NCBI GenBank assembly: GCA_973895155.1
Contig: OZ316894.1
Coordinates: 17,762,563 to 17,826,562, forward strand
Source: Marsupella aquatica
Taxonomy: Eukaryota; Plantae; Marchantiophyta
DNA: 64,000 nucleotides
Direction: 5' to 3'
How positions within the stretch are numbered: position 1 is the first letter of the stretch; each line of letters opens with the position of its first letter. The notes under the pieces are model-generated. The model made no database searches, had not been told where the DNA came from, and saw only the letters and a program-made list of their open reading frames with translations. Of this stretch, positions 50,663 through 64,000 are shown one piece after another. The translations under genes were made by a program, and so were the position numbers.

Positions 50663-51006
50663 TGTTGAGCATAGACGACATTCGTAACGGCAAGCCCATG
50701 AACCATCCAATGCACAAGAGTCAACCCAGAGAGATACGTGGTTCACCTCCACATGAGGCTACGTCCACGGGAACACACAAGAGCTTTACTGCACTCTAGG
50801 CCGACCGGCCATACCAAGCATCCACAGCACAAGCTCTCCCTATCTCTCAACTAGCTCCGTAACAATGAGCCTAAGTTCCTCCAGGGTCTGGCATCAACCC
50901 TGGCTATATGCACAATAGCACTACCGCTAACATTAGCTAAGTCCTAACCCGAGTTAGACTAACTGTGGTTAGCTCATGAGTCACAAGACTAGAGCAATAT
51001 CTAACA
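50663..51006 (-). repeat. Copia 5' LTR (344 bp, intact)
   Basis: TGTTGAG...CTAACA, adjacent to the PBS and followed by the CATTG TSD. Confidence 0.97.
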
Positions 51007-53355
51007 CATTGGATCTAGGTATGAAGGTTTGAGGAGGCCATCAAATGCATTAAGGACGAAAAGCAATATCCAGGCTAATCAATGCTGTGATTGAGACTTG
51101 AGTTTGAGGGGGCCATTGATGTTTGGGAAAACTTTGTGAGGTGCAGATTCATTTGGGTGAGCTCAATCTGTGGGGGAATCTGTGAGGCATGGCACTCATG
51201 ACAGAATGACTTATCTTAGTTAGTCACTTCTTTGGTTTAGTAGTGTAATAATATGTTAATTGACCTTAGGAAGTTTCTTTCTCCGTGGAAACTTTGCATG
51301 TATACATTTTTTTCTACGGTATATCTCTCACAAATTAATGTACCTTGCATGGTTAACTTTATAAATGATATTCAAGATGATTTTGAAGGTGTAAAATGCA
51401 AAATTATAATACCTTCAAGTGGCATATTTCTTGTCCAAACTGAAGTGTTTAGGAATAACAGGAAAAACATTAGGGCTCCAAAAAATTAGTAAGGGGTACT
51501 AGAGAGGGGAGGGGGGGTAGGCATGTGTATACCACAGGCTTTACTTTACAAAGGCTGGGGCCCTAGGGAACTGGATATGTAGAATGAACAACATTTAGTG
51601 AGTAAAAAACATTAATTGGAGTTATAATGGTATGGAAAATTCATTCACCTGGTGGGCACTTGCCACACTGACCTACACTAGCACAATACAATGTATGCTG
51701 CTGCTTTTTTTCATCATGGTGGGTGTTTGCCACATAACACAATAGAACATATGCTGCTGCCTTTTTATGTGCAACTATCATCAAATGATGTACTATCTGT
51801 AGACAATTAAAATATCAATGATTTAACTAGCATTTAGTGACAATGTTCAGACTTTGACTTCCTGACAACTAGTCAGAACTGGACCATCATCAAAAGACAA
51901 CATTATGTGTCATGTGAATTGGATATCTAACATAGACAAAGAAAAATACAAACATTGTCAACTATAGTATTGATCCTCACATCACTAGTGTCAAGACTAG
52001 TTTCACAAGGACTATATGAGTTCTGTTGTAACAAACTATATTGTGATCTTTTGGAAAGCAAGACCCTTGAAGGCATTTATCAACTAAATCTTAAATGGTA
52101 TACCAACTGGTTTATTAATATTAACAGAACTTTCTATGACATATCTTTGTTGGGCCGGGGGCCCTTCATGATATTTGTAACATTTCTTCTTGTCACATTT
52201 GCACCACCTAAGATTGCCCCCACGGGAAATCTGCGTGAATTTCATGTGGGACTAGGTGCTATTTGGATGATTTGCTCAAACTAATGCACACAAAGTCCAA
52301 AAAATTAAATTTATGAGAACTGAAGATTGACAAAATGGGCAAATGCATTTTAGTCCATGATTGTTTTTGATTATTTGCTCACATCAAGTGCCTTATTCTT
52401 GATGGCAATATGGTAGGTAGAGAAACTTACAAACTCAGGGGTTTCACTTCCACAAAAATGACACATCACATGCGACGAAGGGTAGGGTCATTTTATTGGT
52501 TCTAAGGGAAAAACTTAAAATTTTTCTCATAAGAACAATACTTAGGGTCTTTTAAATCCAATTTGGAGACTTATAAGAACATTGTGAACTTTTTAATCAA
52601 AATTTTGGAATATTCCAAGTTATAGGGGTTAAAAGTTTGAGGGGGTCCGAGGCTTAAAAACGTTGCAAGTGATGGGGAGGCCTCCACATAGTGAGACCCC
52701 CAAGCTTACAAACAGCTATAGATCTGAAGGTCCCGTTCTGAAGTTCACATCACAAGCAGTCATACTCAGCCATATACTTTCAATAAATCTAAAAAAGTAG
52801 CTATTGTAACTAAGTTAGTTTATTCCTCTCACTGGTAATCAGGGTTAAAGCTCAATGGACCGAGACATTGTCTTTGGTCTTCTTTGGTGCAATATAGGTG
52901 GCAAGACCATATTTGTCCATGATGCTATGAGGGACACTACTGTAAGTTGAGGTTCTCTCTTGGCCCTCCATCACAAAGATTACGGGTTGACCAGTCTTAC
53001 CATGGTCCATGATAGTCGAAGTACATTTGCAGATGTTGTGATTGTCAACCCTTTAATTTTGCGGCAAGCAAGGCGCCAAGACATCATTAGGATCTTGATC
53101 GGGATAGCAGAGGTGGGGGCACCAGCGACATGGGTGGCAGTAACAAGAGTGGCAGCAACAAAAGAGGTAATATGTTGCAAGAGTTTCATCACATGTACTA
53201 TTTGTTTTGACCATGCATTTTTGCCACCAAATGCAATGATTGGGATTACTGACAGCACGAGCTCAAGCTTGAGCAATCTGTTGTAGATCTCTTGCTGTGT
53301 TGTAGATCTCTCACCGTGGATACTATTGTGCCTCCATAGGGGCTTGGGGTATAAC

Positions 53356-53667
53356 CACCGTGACAGCAAACAACAAACAACAAATAGTTACTTGTAACAG
53401 CAAACGGGTGGTAAAATTTTTGGAATTTTTTTTGGGGAAAAATAATAAAAAATTTCTGAGTCGATATTTTTGGCTAGCGCCCGGAGCTAGTAATAGTATC
53501 GCCTTACACTAGCAAAAAATTGTCATGTTTTAAATTATTTTGAAATTTGTGACTTTTAATGACACATTTTTAGATTGTCTAGGTTGCTCGTAACAGTAAA
53601 TTTTTGCTCGTAACAGGAAAATTTTTGCTTGTAACAGTAAATCTGTTTTCTATTTGCTGTCACGGTG
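53356..53667. mobile_element. 312-bp MITE-like element
   Basis: Perfect 15-bp TIR CACCGTGACAGCAAA / TTTGCTGTCACGGTG, AT-rich interior and subterminal tgct(c/t)gtaacag repeats. TSD imperfect (ATAAC/AAAAC). Confidence 0.75.
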
Positions 53668-54437
53668 AAAACCCTCGGGGCTTGCACTTAGAAGAGATTC
53701 AATTCCACTTGCATATTTTGTTATCACACAGTATATGTGGACCATTGGTTCATGACACTTTTGCATTAGATGTGTACCATTAGCTCGTCATACTATTGCA
53801 GTGGTAGCTCTTTTCCCTTTAATTTTTTTTTTCCTCTTTAATTCTAGATTTTGGGGTTGCATTTGCCTCTTCTTTTGTGTTGGTGTTTGTCCTCTTTAGA
53901 ATTGCTTTGCTTTCCATTCTATGTACTTTGTTTGACCGTTTTTGTACTTTATACAAACTACAAAAGTTTTATCCCCATGGAGTGTGAGAAGGTGACTGAC
54001 CACTATCAATAGTTCCAATCATGAGAGAAATCTGTTAGAAATGGATTATTAAAGTTGAATATATGGTACATAAAATTGTGAATGAGGTGAGAACTTATTC
54101 ACATTTTACTCCCAAAACCTTGAGTAGTGTGTTCAAAATTCAAAATTCAAAATGAACTCAATTTCACAAAGGCACTAAAGTTTTTCTAAACACTTGATCC
54201 CTCAAGATTCTAGGGAAGTGATCTTCTTCAAACTACTCTATGACTTGCAGGAATGTTGTTGCAGAATCCTGTTTTTCATAAATTGTTGCTCTTGTTGTAG
54301 GGAGTGCTTTGATGCATTTTGCCTGTGGCTCTACCAGAGGTTTAGATTTTCTGGAGAGGGGGGCCAAAATTTGTTACTTAGAGAGCGTTGCTCCTGTTAC
54401 AATGAGGTTCAAGTAATTTTGCTGTTGTGAAGTTTCT

Positions 54438-54526
54438 ATTGAGACTTTAATTTTTTAATTTTTTTTCAAAACGGGGCTAAAGTCCCGTCCATATCATGGA
54501 AGGGGACAAAATTGAGACTTTAATTT
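54438..54526 (-). mobile_element. Tiny retroposed insertion (57 bp) with 16-bp TSD
   Basis: ATTGAGACTTTAATTT at 54438-54453 and 54511-54526 flanks a T-rich tract plus ~45 bp of unique sequence. Confidence 0.55.
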
Positions 54527-56844
54527 GTTGGAGCAATCTTGCAATTATTTTCATTGAGAGCATTTCTTTCGTTACAAGGAGCAGTTTGAGTAATTTGCTG
54601 TTGGGCAGTCATTGATTTCAAATATAGATATGAAGGATCTGATTACCATATAAACAAACGTGGTCACAATTTAATTTACGATTGAGACCTGATAAGGTAC
54701 TTAAAGACCTAAACAACATACACATTAATTAAACATTATCACTTCAATCTTCTGACTTATTGAACTCTAAAAAGTGAGATTGAGTAACCAACTCGAGGGA
54801 GAAGTCTACTGGGAGAATGAACCAAAACTTGCAATCACTGGTGTTGTGACCACTAATAGAATTTTTTAAACCTTTTGCAGGCAGGATGGATTGTGATGAA
54901 ACATCAAAATTTTCTCAAATAGCATGCTTTACACTAAAGATTCATGAAAAATTAATTTGTAAATCAAATGTGAACTTGTGATTGTAAATGCCCGTGTAAA
55001 TGATCATCTTTGGACCTGGATTTCTTGACAACTCTGCAACTTCTTAACACCCATTTTGCTTTCCATGCACGGGATGAACTTTTGCTTGATTTGATCAGAA
55101 TTGGAAATAATTAATTTGAGTGTCAAAGGGTTTCAGGACGTCCTCCACAACTGAGGTTAAGCAACTACAAGTCTTTTTCTCAGTTGTCTCTATGACTGTA
55201 CAATTCACGAGATGCATCCTAATTGCATGGGTCAAGAGCAAGGTCCATCCTTGTTTCAGCTCAAAATTTCAAGATAAGAAATGAATTGAAAATTCACCTA
55301 GACTAAAACTTTCAGGTCACATTACACCCATTTGCTCCCCCCTCCCCCAATCAGCCATCTGTTTCTTGTTTTAAACATTAGCCAAGGTGGCTACTATTTT
55401 ACCTTACAAACAAACACAGGTATGATTGTGTATAATTTTATTTTAATGATATAGTACTTTCTAATTACCGTCGGTAGAGTATTTCTTGACTAACACCTCC
55501 CCTAGCTAGTACATTAGGTGGTGGCAAAGGAAGCATAAATTTTTAAAATTCAGCCTGAGTATCATAGCCTGCCTGTTTTTAGGTAAGTGAAAGGTAAATT
55601 TTAGCTCACAATAAAATGGGTGCCCCTATTCAAGTTCTAAACAAAACAGTGAGGGCCATCCACCTCCATGGGGTATGAAGTTCAATCTCCAAGATATTTG
55701 GCGGCCAGCTCAGTCATCCAGATCGTCGATAGTAGCGGACCGTAATTCCTGGAAGAAATTTTACCCTGTGTAACCTTTTCTACTAGGTGCTACCATTTCC
55801 ATAACCCTGTGCCCAGACAGATATTATGCATGATAAAGACTATTTATGTTAGGGTTCTAGTCTGAAATATGTTCTCACAAAGCTCAGAAAAGCTTCCTGG
55901 TTGCATCAGGTTTGCAATTTCTCAATTTTTTGGCCACAGGCTTACAGGCTAGTAACCCTGGACCAAATCGTTATTACCCTATATCTAGAATATAAATGAG
56001 TGTGATACAATCCCAGCACTGGTACCTGTAGGTTAGCAATGCACCCCCTCAGCCCGCCGTACTGCAATCCACATTGACTACCGATCATTCCAAGAATTGG
56101 GAGGAATAAAGTATTTGTATTGAGGGCCTATGAAACCCTGGCATTAATCACACAACAAAATGTGATAATATATAATTTATCATGGTATATAAGACATGGT
56201 ACACTATATATATATAATTTTTTTTAATTTTTTTTGATGTGCACTTACCGAGAGACCTGCCTATGAAGGCCCCATTCCAAAGGGTAGTGGTAATTGCCCA
56301 TCACAAAATGACATATATGGTGTATCACATGTTTCCATATCCTAAAGATGTTTAAATTTACAATATTGATAGTTTTTTGGGGTATTTATAAAACAATCAG
56401 TGTTTCCTAATATAGCTCCATGGTTACCTGGGTGAACTTGTTATCCATATACTAAATTGTGACAAAAAAATGCAACATTGTCAATTAGAATATCTTTGTG
56501 ATGTGTGATTACTAGTAAGGCATTACACAGGTCGAGCGGCGGTCCAAGAATTTGGGAGAAGTGGAAGCGATAAATTATTATTATTGAGGGCCGCGAGCAC
56601 CCATTCCATCCCGTCGAGCAATGGGGAGGGTAAGTAAAAATCTGAGCAGGTTGGGTGAATCCTTCCTGGCCTGCACTTCGTTCGGCTCCCGCCCTTACGA
56701 ACGCGCGTGCATCCGCGCACGCCCGCCAGCCCGCCTGCCCGCACGCACGCACGCACGCACTCACTTGCTTTGTCGTCTGATTTCGTTCGGTTCGGTCGTC
56801 TGGGACGTTTTGGCAGTTTGGCTGCTGCACCCTTTCCTTCACCG

Positions 56845-56850
56845 TATAAA
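56845..56850 (+). promoter_or_regulatory. Candidate TATA box of CKX
   Basis: TATAAA inside a CpG-rich island, after a (CGCA)n run and before the GA-rich leader. Confidence 0.45.
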
Positions 56851-56954
56851 GAGCTCGCGGAACTGCGGTGGCCTCCTCATGCAGACTTCCAGCGCTTCGT
56901 AGAATTTGGATATTCAGCGTGCGGGCGCAAAAGCAATTGTGCCATTCGCTCGAT

Positions 56955-56985
56955 AGAGAGAGACGAAACACAGAAGAGAGAGACG

Positions 56986-57023
<38 letters not shown>

Positions 57024-57101
57024 GAGGGACTTTTCGGAGGTCAACCGAGAGAGCGCGATATAGATTATAGAGAGAGAGAAAGAGAGAGAGAGACTGAGAG
57101 A
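56955..57101 (+). repeat. (GA)n microsatellite in the CKX 5' leader
   Basis: Interrupted GA dinucleotide runs. Confidence 0.9.
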
Positions 57102-57650
57102 GGGAGCATTGCGGCGGTAAAGCGAGAGCTAGAGGAGTGCGTCGGGGCCCATTACCGCCTCCCGGAGGCGGACTGGAAGCTAGCTAGCCCGTACTGGCTG
57201 GGAGGAGGGAGGATTTCCGAGCGCCAGGGAGATCGCGCTGAGCATGCACTCGTCGGATTGGCTGCTGGAAGCGGGCATGCTGGGAAAAAAACGGTTGCGA
57301 ATCTAAGAGTAGTTTGTGATACGAGCCGTCGACGGTGGTCCAATTGATTCAATGGGACTTGGTTTGGCTTTTAAGCGCCGCGACCAGCATTCGAATTCAT
57401 TGTAGCAAATGACTGACCAGGGCGCGGCGCCTGCTTCTGTGAGTTGCTGTGATATGACGAATGTGTGTCTGAGCTCCGACAATCAGTTACTTCCTGTGAA
57501 GGATTGACGATTAATTGTCCGTGAGAATTGTCTACGATCGTGAGAATCATGAGTATCTCCCACATTTACAATCTTCGGAAGCCTTCGTTCGATTTGTGAA
57601 GCAAGATTTCTGGGAGCGGGCATTTTTTCGTGCATCTCGGAAAGGAAATC

Positions 57651-60205
<2,555 letters not shown>

Positions 60206-61779
60206 TCTCTACCGAATTTGCCTACCAATCGCTTTAAGCAGAGAGATTACGATACTGGAAGAGCTAGATTTTGTATAATAGCAGCTACCCGTTTCTCTGG
60301 TGGTCTTCGTTTATCGTAATTTCTTCTGCTGAGTGGTGGTCACCTATCACTTTTGGAACAATTTTTTGGGCACTCGTGTCCCCCCCGGCATTTAGCCAAC
60401 ACAAGCCTTTAGCCTTCACATCACCTGTGGCAATCCTGATCGATCAACCAGCGTTTATATAATATACAAAACATCACGTTCAGATCCAACCAAAATCACT
60501 TGAGCCAGTACTTGCGTCTCTAAAACTTTGCTCTCAGTATAGCTGTGCAATGATGTGTGGTCCCATCGATCCATCTCATGTCAATATCTTGGACAGGAAT
60601 GGTAGAACATCGGACGCATTGCTTGGGGCACACAAAAGCAAAGCTTTTCCTCACTCTCACTCCCATCGATCCATCAAATATCTTGTTGGAAAGCTAGAAT
60701 GGTACAACCTCGGATTCAGTTTTTAGTCGGGGCACATGAAAGCAAAGCTTTTCCTCGGTCTCACTTTCCGAGATTCGCTGTCAATCACGTCCTGTCAGCT
60801 TGGTTCAAAGCGTCAAGTCAGAAATTACCGTAGACAGTGGGGCAGACCTTCGAAATGTGGCGCAGTGGTGATAACTGAATAGCGAATCAGAAACCACAGC
60901 GAGAAAACACTTGCGGCTCGAATTGCGGTGACATGTTGCGCATGCGTCGCCCAGCGTACAGCAAGTGCAATGCAGCGCACAAACGTGCAATCGTAACAAG
61001 CATGACTCGGCCATCTCCGGCCAACCCGTACAGGAAGTGTAATGGAGCGGTAGTGCAATCGTATAAGACATGCATGCGTGGCTATGGTCGGAGATTAATA
61101 TTGGATAGGGTCGGTGGTCACTCGGTCGGATCGGGACTCGAGTCGAACAATTCAACATCTTCCGGTCATCACATTATGTGGCCCCCGCCCACTCTAGGTG
61201 AGACGGAACGAAATCAGTTGGGAGGTTGAGATAACGAATCTCAGTGAGAGAGTACTACTACTTGAATTCAGCTGGTATGAACATAGTTTATACATGTAAC
61301 GCGCAATTCAATCATGATCTTTTGCAGCGAGCCAAATCTATTTGGACGAGAGTGTTTGTTGCTTACGTTCGATGACTTCGAAAATTCTGAGTGGGCCGGA
61401 TGATCGATGCAACGTACCGCGCGAACGCAAGCCCTGCATCACTCTTCGATTGCTGGGACGCAGTGCGACACTTCGCCGGTAATTCCTGTGCGTCTTTCAT
61501 ATTCTGTCAATATATCAGTAGGTTCGCGAGCCTGTCATTGGTCTTCAACTTACGACGGACGTAAAATTTACGATTCTGGTGGTGCCCATTCCATTATCGG
61601 GTATATAGGGTCGTGTCTATATGGAGAACTTACGACTTACGTATAATTATGATTCTGCTGGTGGCCAATCCCATTATCGGGGATAGGGTCGTGTCTATAT
61701 GGAGGCCCCGTGGCCCGACCATACGTACGCCCTATACCCATAATGCGTCTGCATCCATACACAAACGTGAAGGACGAGC

Positions 61780-62110
61780 CAAGCTTATTGATTGGGTGAA
61801 TTGGTTAAGGAGAAACCAAGCTGTTTCATTGGGTGACAGCTTTTGATTGGGAGAACTCCTTAAGGAAGAGCCTTTTTGATTGGGTGAATTCCGTAAGAAA
61901 CAGGCAAGCTTTTTGATTCGGTGACTTGGTTGAGGGAGGGCCAAGCTTTTTCATTGGGTAAATTGATTAAGGAAGAGCCAAGCTATTTCATTGGCTGAAT
62001 TATTTGGCTTCTCATTGGGAAAATTCCTTGGCTTTCTCATTGGGTGAACTCCTCGGTTTCTCATCGGGTGAATATCTTATAGAGGCCCACCTTTCTCATT
62101 GGCTGAATTC
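61780..62110. repeat. Degenerate short tandem array of ATTGG(G/C)TGAA units
   Basis: About ten (t/g)attgg.tgaa units interleaved with ccaagct and ttaagga. Confidence 0.75.
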
Positions 62111-64000
62111 GGTCTGTATTTGGTCTGTATTTGAATAGCTGATGATAGCTCCCCTGCAATTATGACGTGAAGAGACGATATGTTTGAGAAAAGGACCGTA
62201 TAATAGTACGAAAATTCATACTCAATTAATTTGCATCACTCCAAACAGGAGAGCACGGAAACTCAGAAAGTCAGGAAAAAGACTAGAGTAAATTATTTTG
62301 CAGCATTTTGTGATCATAAATGAGTTTTTCCTCGAAAATGATGCTCCCATGGACAAAAACCATATAATTGAGATGGACCAATTGTGAATATTCCTTGTCA
62401 CGTTGTGAATACAAAAATACATGGGAGCATTTTGGACAAACCTAGAGGTCTATCCAGGCTTCATTTTCGTTTTTCCTCACAAATGTTTTGCTATATTATC
62501 ATAATTACTAATCTGAATGCCTGAGGTTATGCTCATAATGATATTGAGTCCATTGTAATCCACCCCAATCGTAGCTGCCCCCGAGTATCTAGGCTATTTT
62601 CCTTGGACTCTAGGCACTTATTCTAGCTTTCAATCCCACACTATTAGTAGATATGGTTCTCATCAGAAAGACAATCTCATGAGCTCAGTCACATTTTATT
62701 AGGGACCCCATTACTGTAGAGGTCCCTTCCAAAATTCCTGGCACCAGAGTGTGCCATGTCAACAACAACCGTAATAAACAAGACTTATCAATTTTGTGAA
62801 TAAAACTTACAGTTTTTATTCGTGTTTGCATTAATTTGGGTGTAAATTTTGGGACGCCATGCCGTAAAAAGAAATGTAAAATTTTTAAAATGCAAAGAGC
62901 AAGACGGGTAAAACTATCAAGATGTAAACGTTTTAGTTACGTTTCCAATTTTAAAAATTAAATTCAAAGATTTGAAAATTATTTTTTGTATAATAAACAA
63001 TGACTAATAACTAACTTGATAAACTTCCTTGTTAAAAGGTAACTAGCACATGGAGTAAGATTTCCGGCCTTTTGCAATTCAAGCAAACTGCAATCTATGG
63101 TTGGAACTTGAATTTAATGAATTGGTACAATTCATTTGATCAGACATTGATCTGGTCTGATCTGGCTTCATATGTACTTGCCACGAATTGACTATTGACT
63201 CTCTTAGCTTGAGAATTTGGTTGCATGTAGCAAAAGGCCTGATTTTGACAACTTCTTGTGATTATCATGCTGGTGATTTTGGCCTGCAAAGCAAAGTATT
63301 CATGTGGCAGTTGAAAAAATGTCAAATTGCTCGGGCCATGGTTAAATGGGTCCAAAGTGATTTTGTGAGAAAATCTAATCTAAACAATGCAAGTTGTAAA
63401 ATCTATCATATTTGTCCAACACAACATGACTACCAGGTTCCCTTTTCCATTTTGGTGAATAGTTGCATCAAGGTCATGAGGCTATTAACCTTTAATTCCA
63501 AACTTGCCAAATTCAGATGTGAGTGAAATCTCCAAGATTTCCAATTATTTGAAAGTAAATTGACAAATCGGGCGAGAATAATTCTAAAGAGGACTCAACT
63601 ACTAGAAAGCTTAGGGTTCCTTGTTGAGAAAAGCAGATATCTCAATTGATCTTGAGAAAGTACTCTTCTCAACTCAAATTGAGTGCCCAGGGCACTTCAG
63701 TGGTCAAATATAGTGCCATTTAATTAATTAATAAACTATGCCATTAACTAACTATGCCTTGGGTGTATTAATTAATGTTCTAAAATTAGTGAAAATATCT
63801 CATAGATCTTAAGTGTTTTAATGTATGCTAGCTGAGCATTATGGACCACATTAGCCTCTCAAAACGCAAGCTTAAGGCCCTTATTTTCCTGGTCATTATG
63901 AAGAAGATTGCAAAATCACATATTACTGAGGTAATTAATTTCTCCTATGCTTTCACTAAAATTTGTAAAACTATCTCATCAGAATAATATGTGATACCAT

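Larger units (their letters stand above)
39426..51006 (-). mobile_element. Full-length Ty1/copia LTR retrotransposon (Tork/Tnt1-like), inactivated, with a nested insertion in its 3' LTR
   Basis: TG...CA ends and CATTG TSD (39421-39425, 51007-51011). 344-bp LTRs, tRNA-iMet PBS and PPT. Domain order gag-PR-IN-RT-RH. Confidence 0.97.

Noticed and set aside
56868-57347. 159-aa ORF rich in ER repeats
   Set aside because: It is a translation of the (GA)n microsatellite in the CKX leader.
62454-62465. Partial match to miR166 (ccaggcttcatt; also ggaccaggctt at ~24671)
   Set aside because: Only 11-12 nt match and there is no precursor hairpin. Likely chance.

Overview
Eukaryotic land-plant nuclear DNA. 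A non-seed plant such as a liverwort is my inference from gene style, not established. It holds three spliced host genes: SKL2 (minus, 10276-14231), a divergently oriented TruD/PUS7 pseudouridine synthase (plus, ~16069-24668, with one U12 AT-AC and one GC-AG intron) and a cytokinin dehydrogenase CKX (plus, 57651-60205). These are separated by CpG-poor, repeat-rich blocks. A full-length but disabled Ty1/copia LTR retrotransposon lies on the minus strand (39426-51006; CATTG TSD; 344-bp LTRs differing at 3 positions). The most striking item is a 4663-bp element nested in the copia 3' LTR (39667-44329). It has integrase-type ends (TG...CA, 5-bp CCTGG TSD) but no terminal direct repeats and no gag/pol. 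About 76% of it is one intact 1179-codon ORF with a PMD-like motif and a long coiled coil, so it looks like a protein-coding solo LTR. All coordinates were read by eye and no database searches were run.
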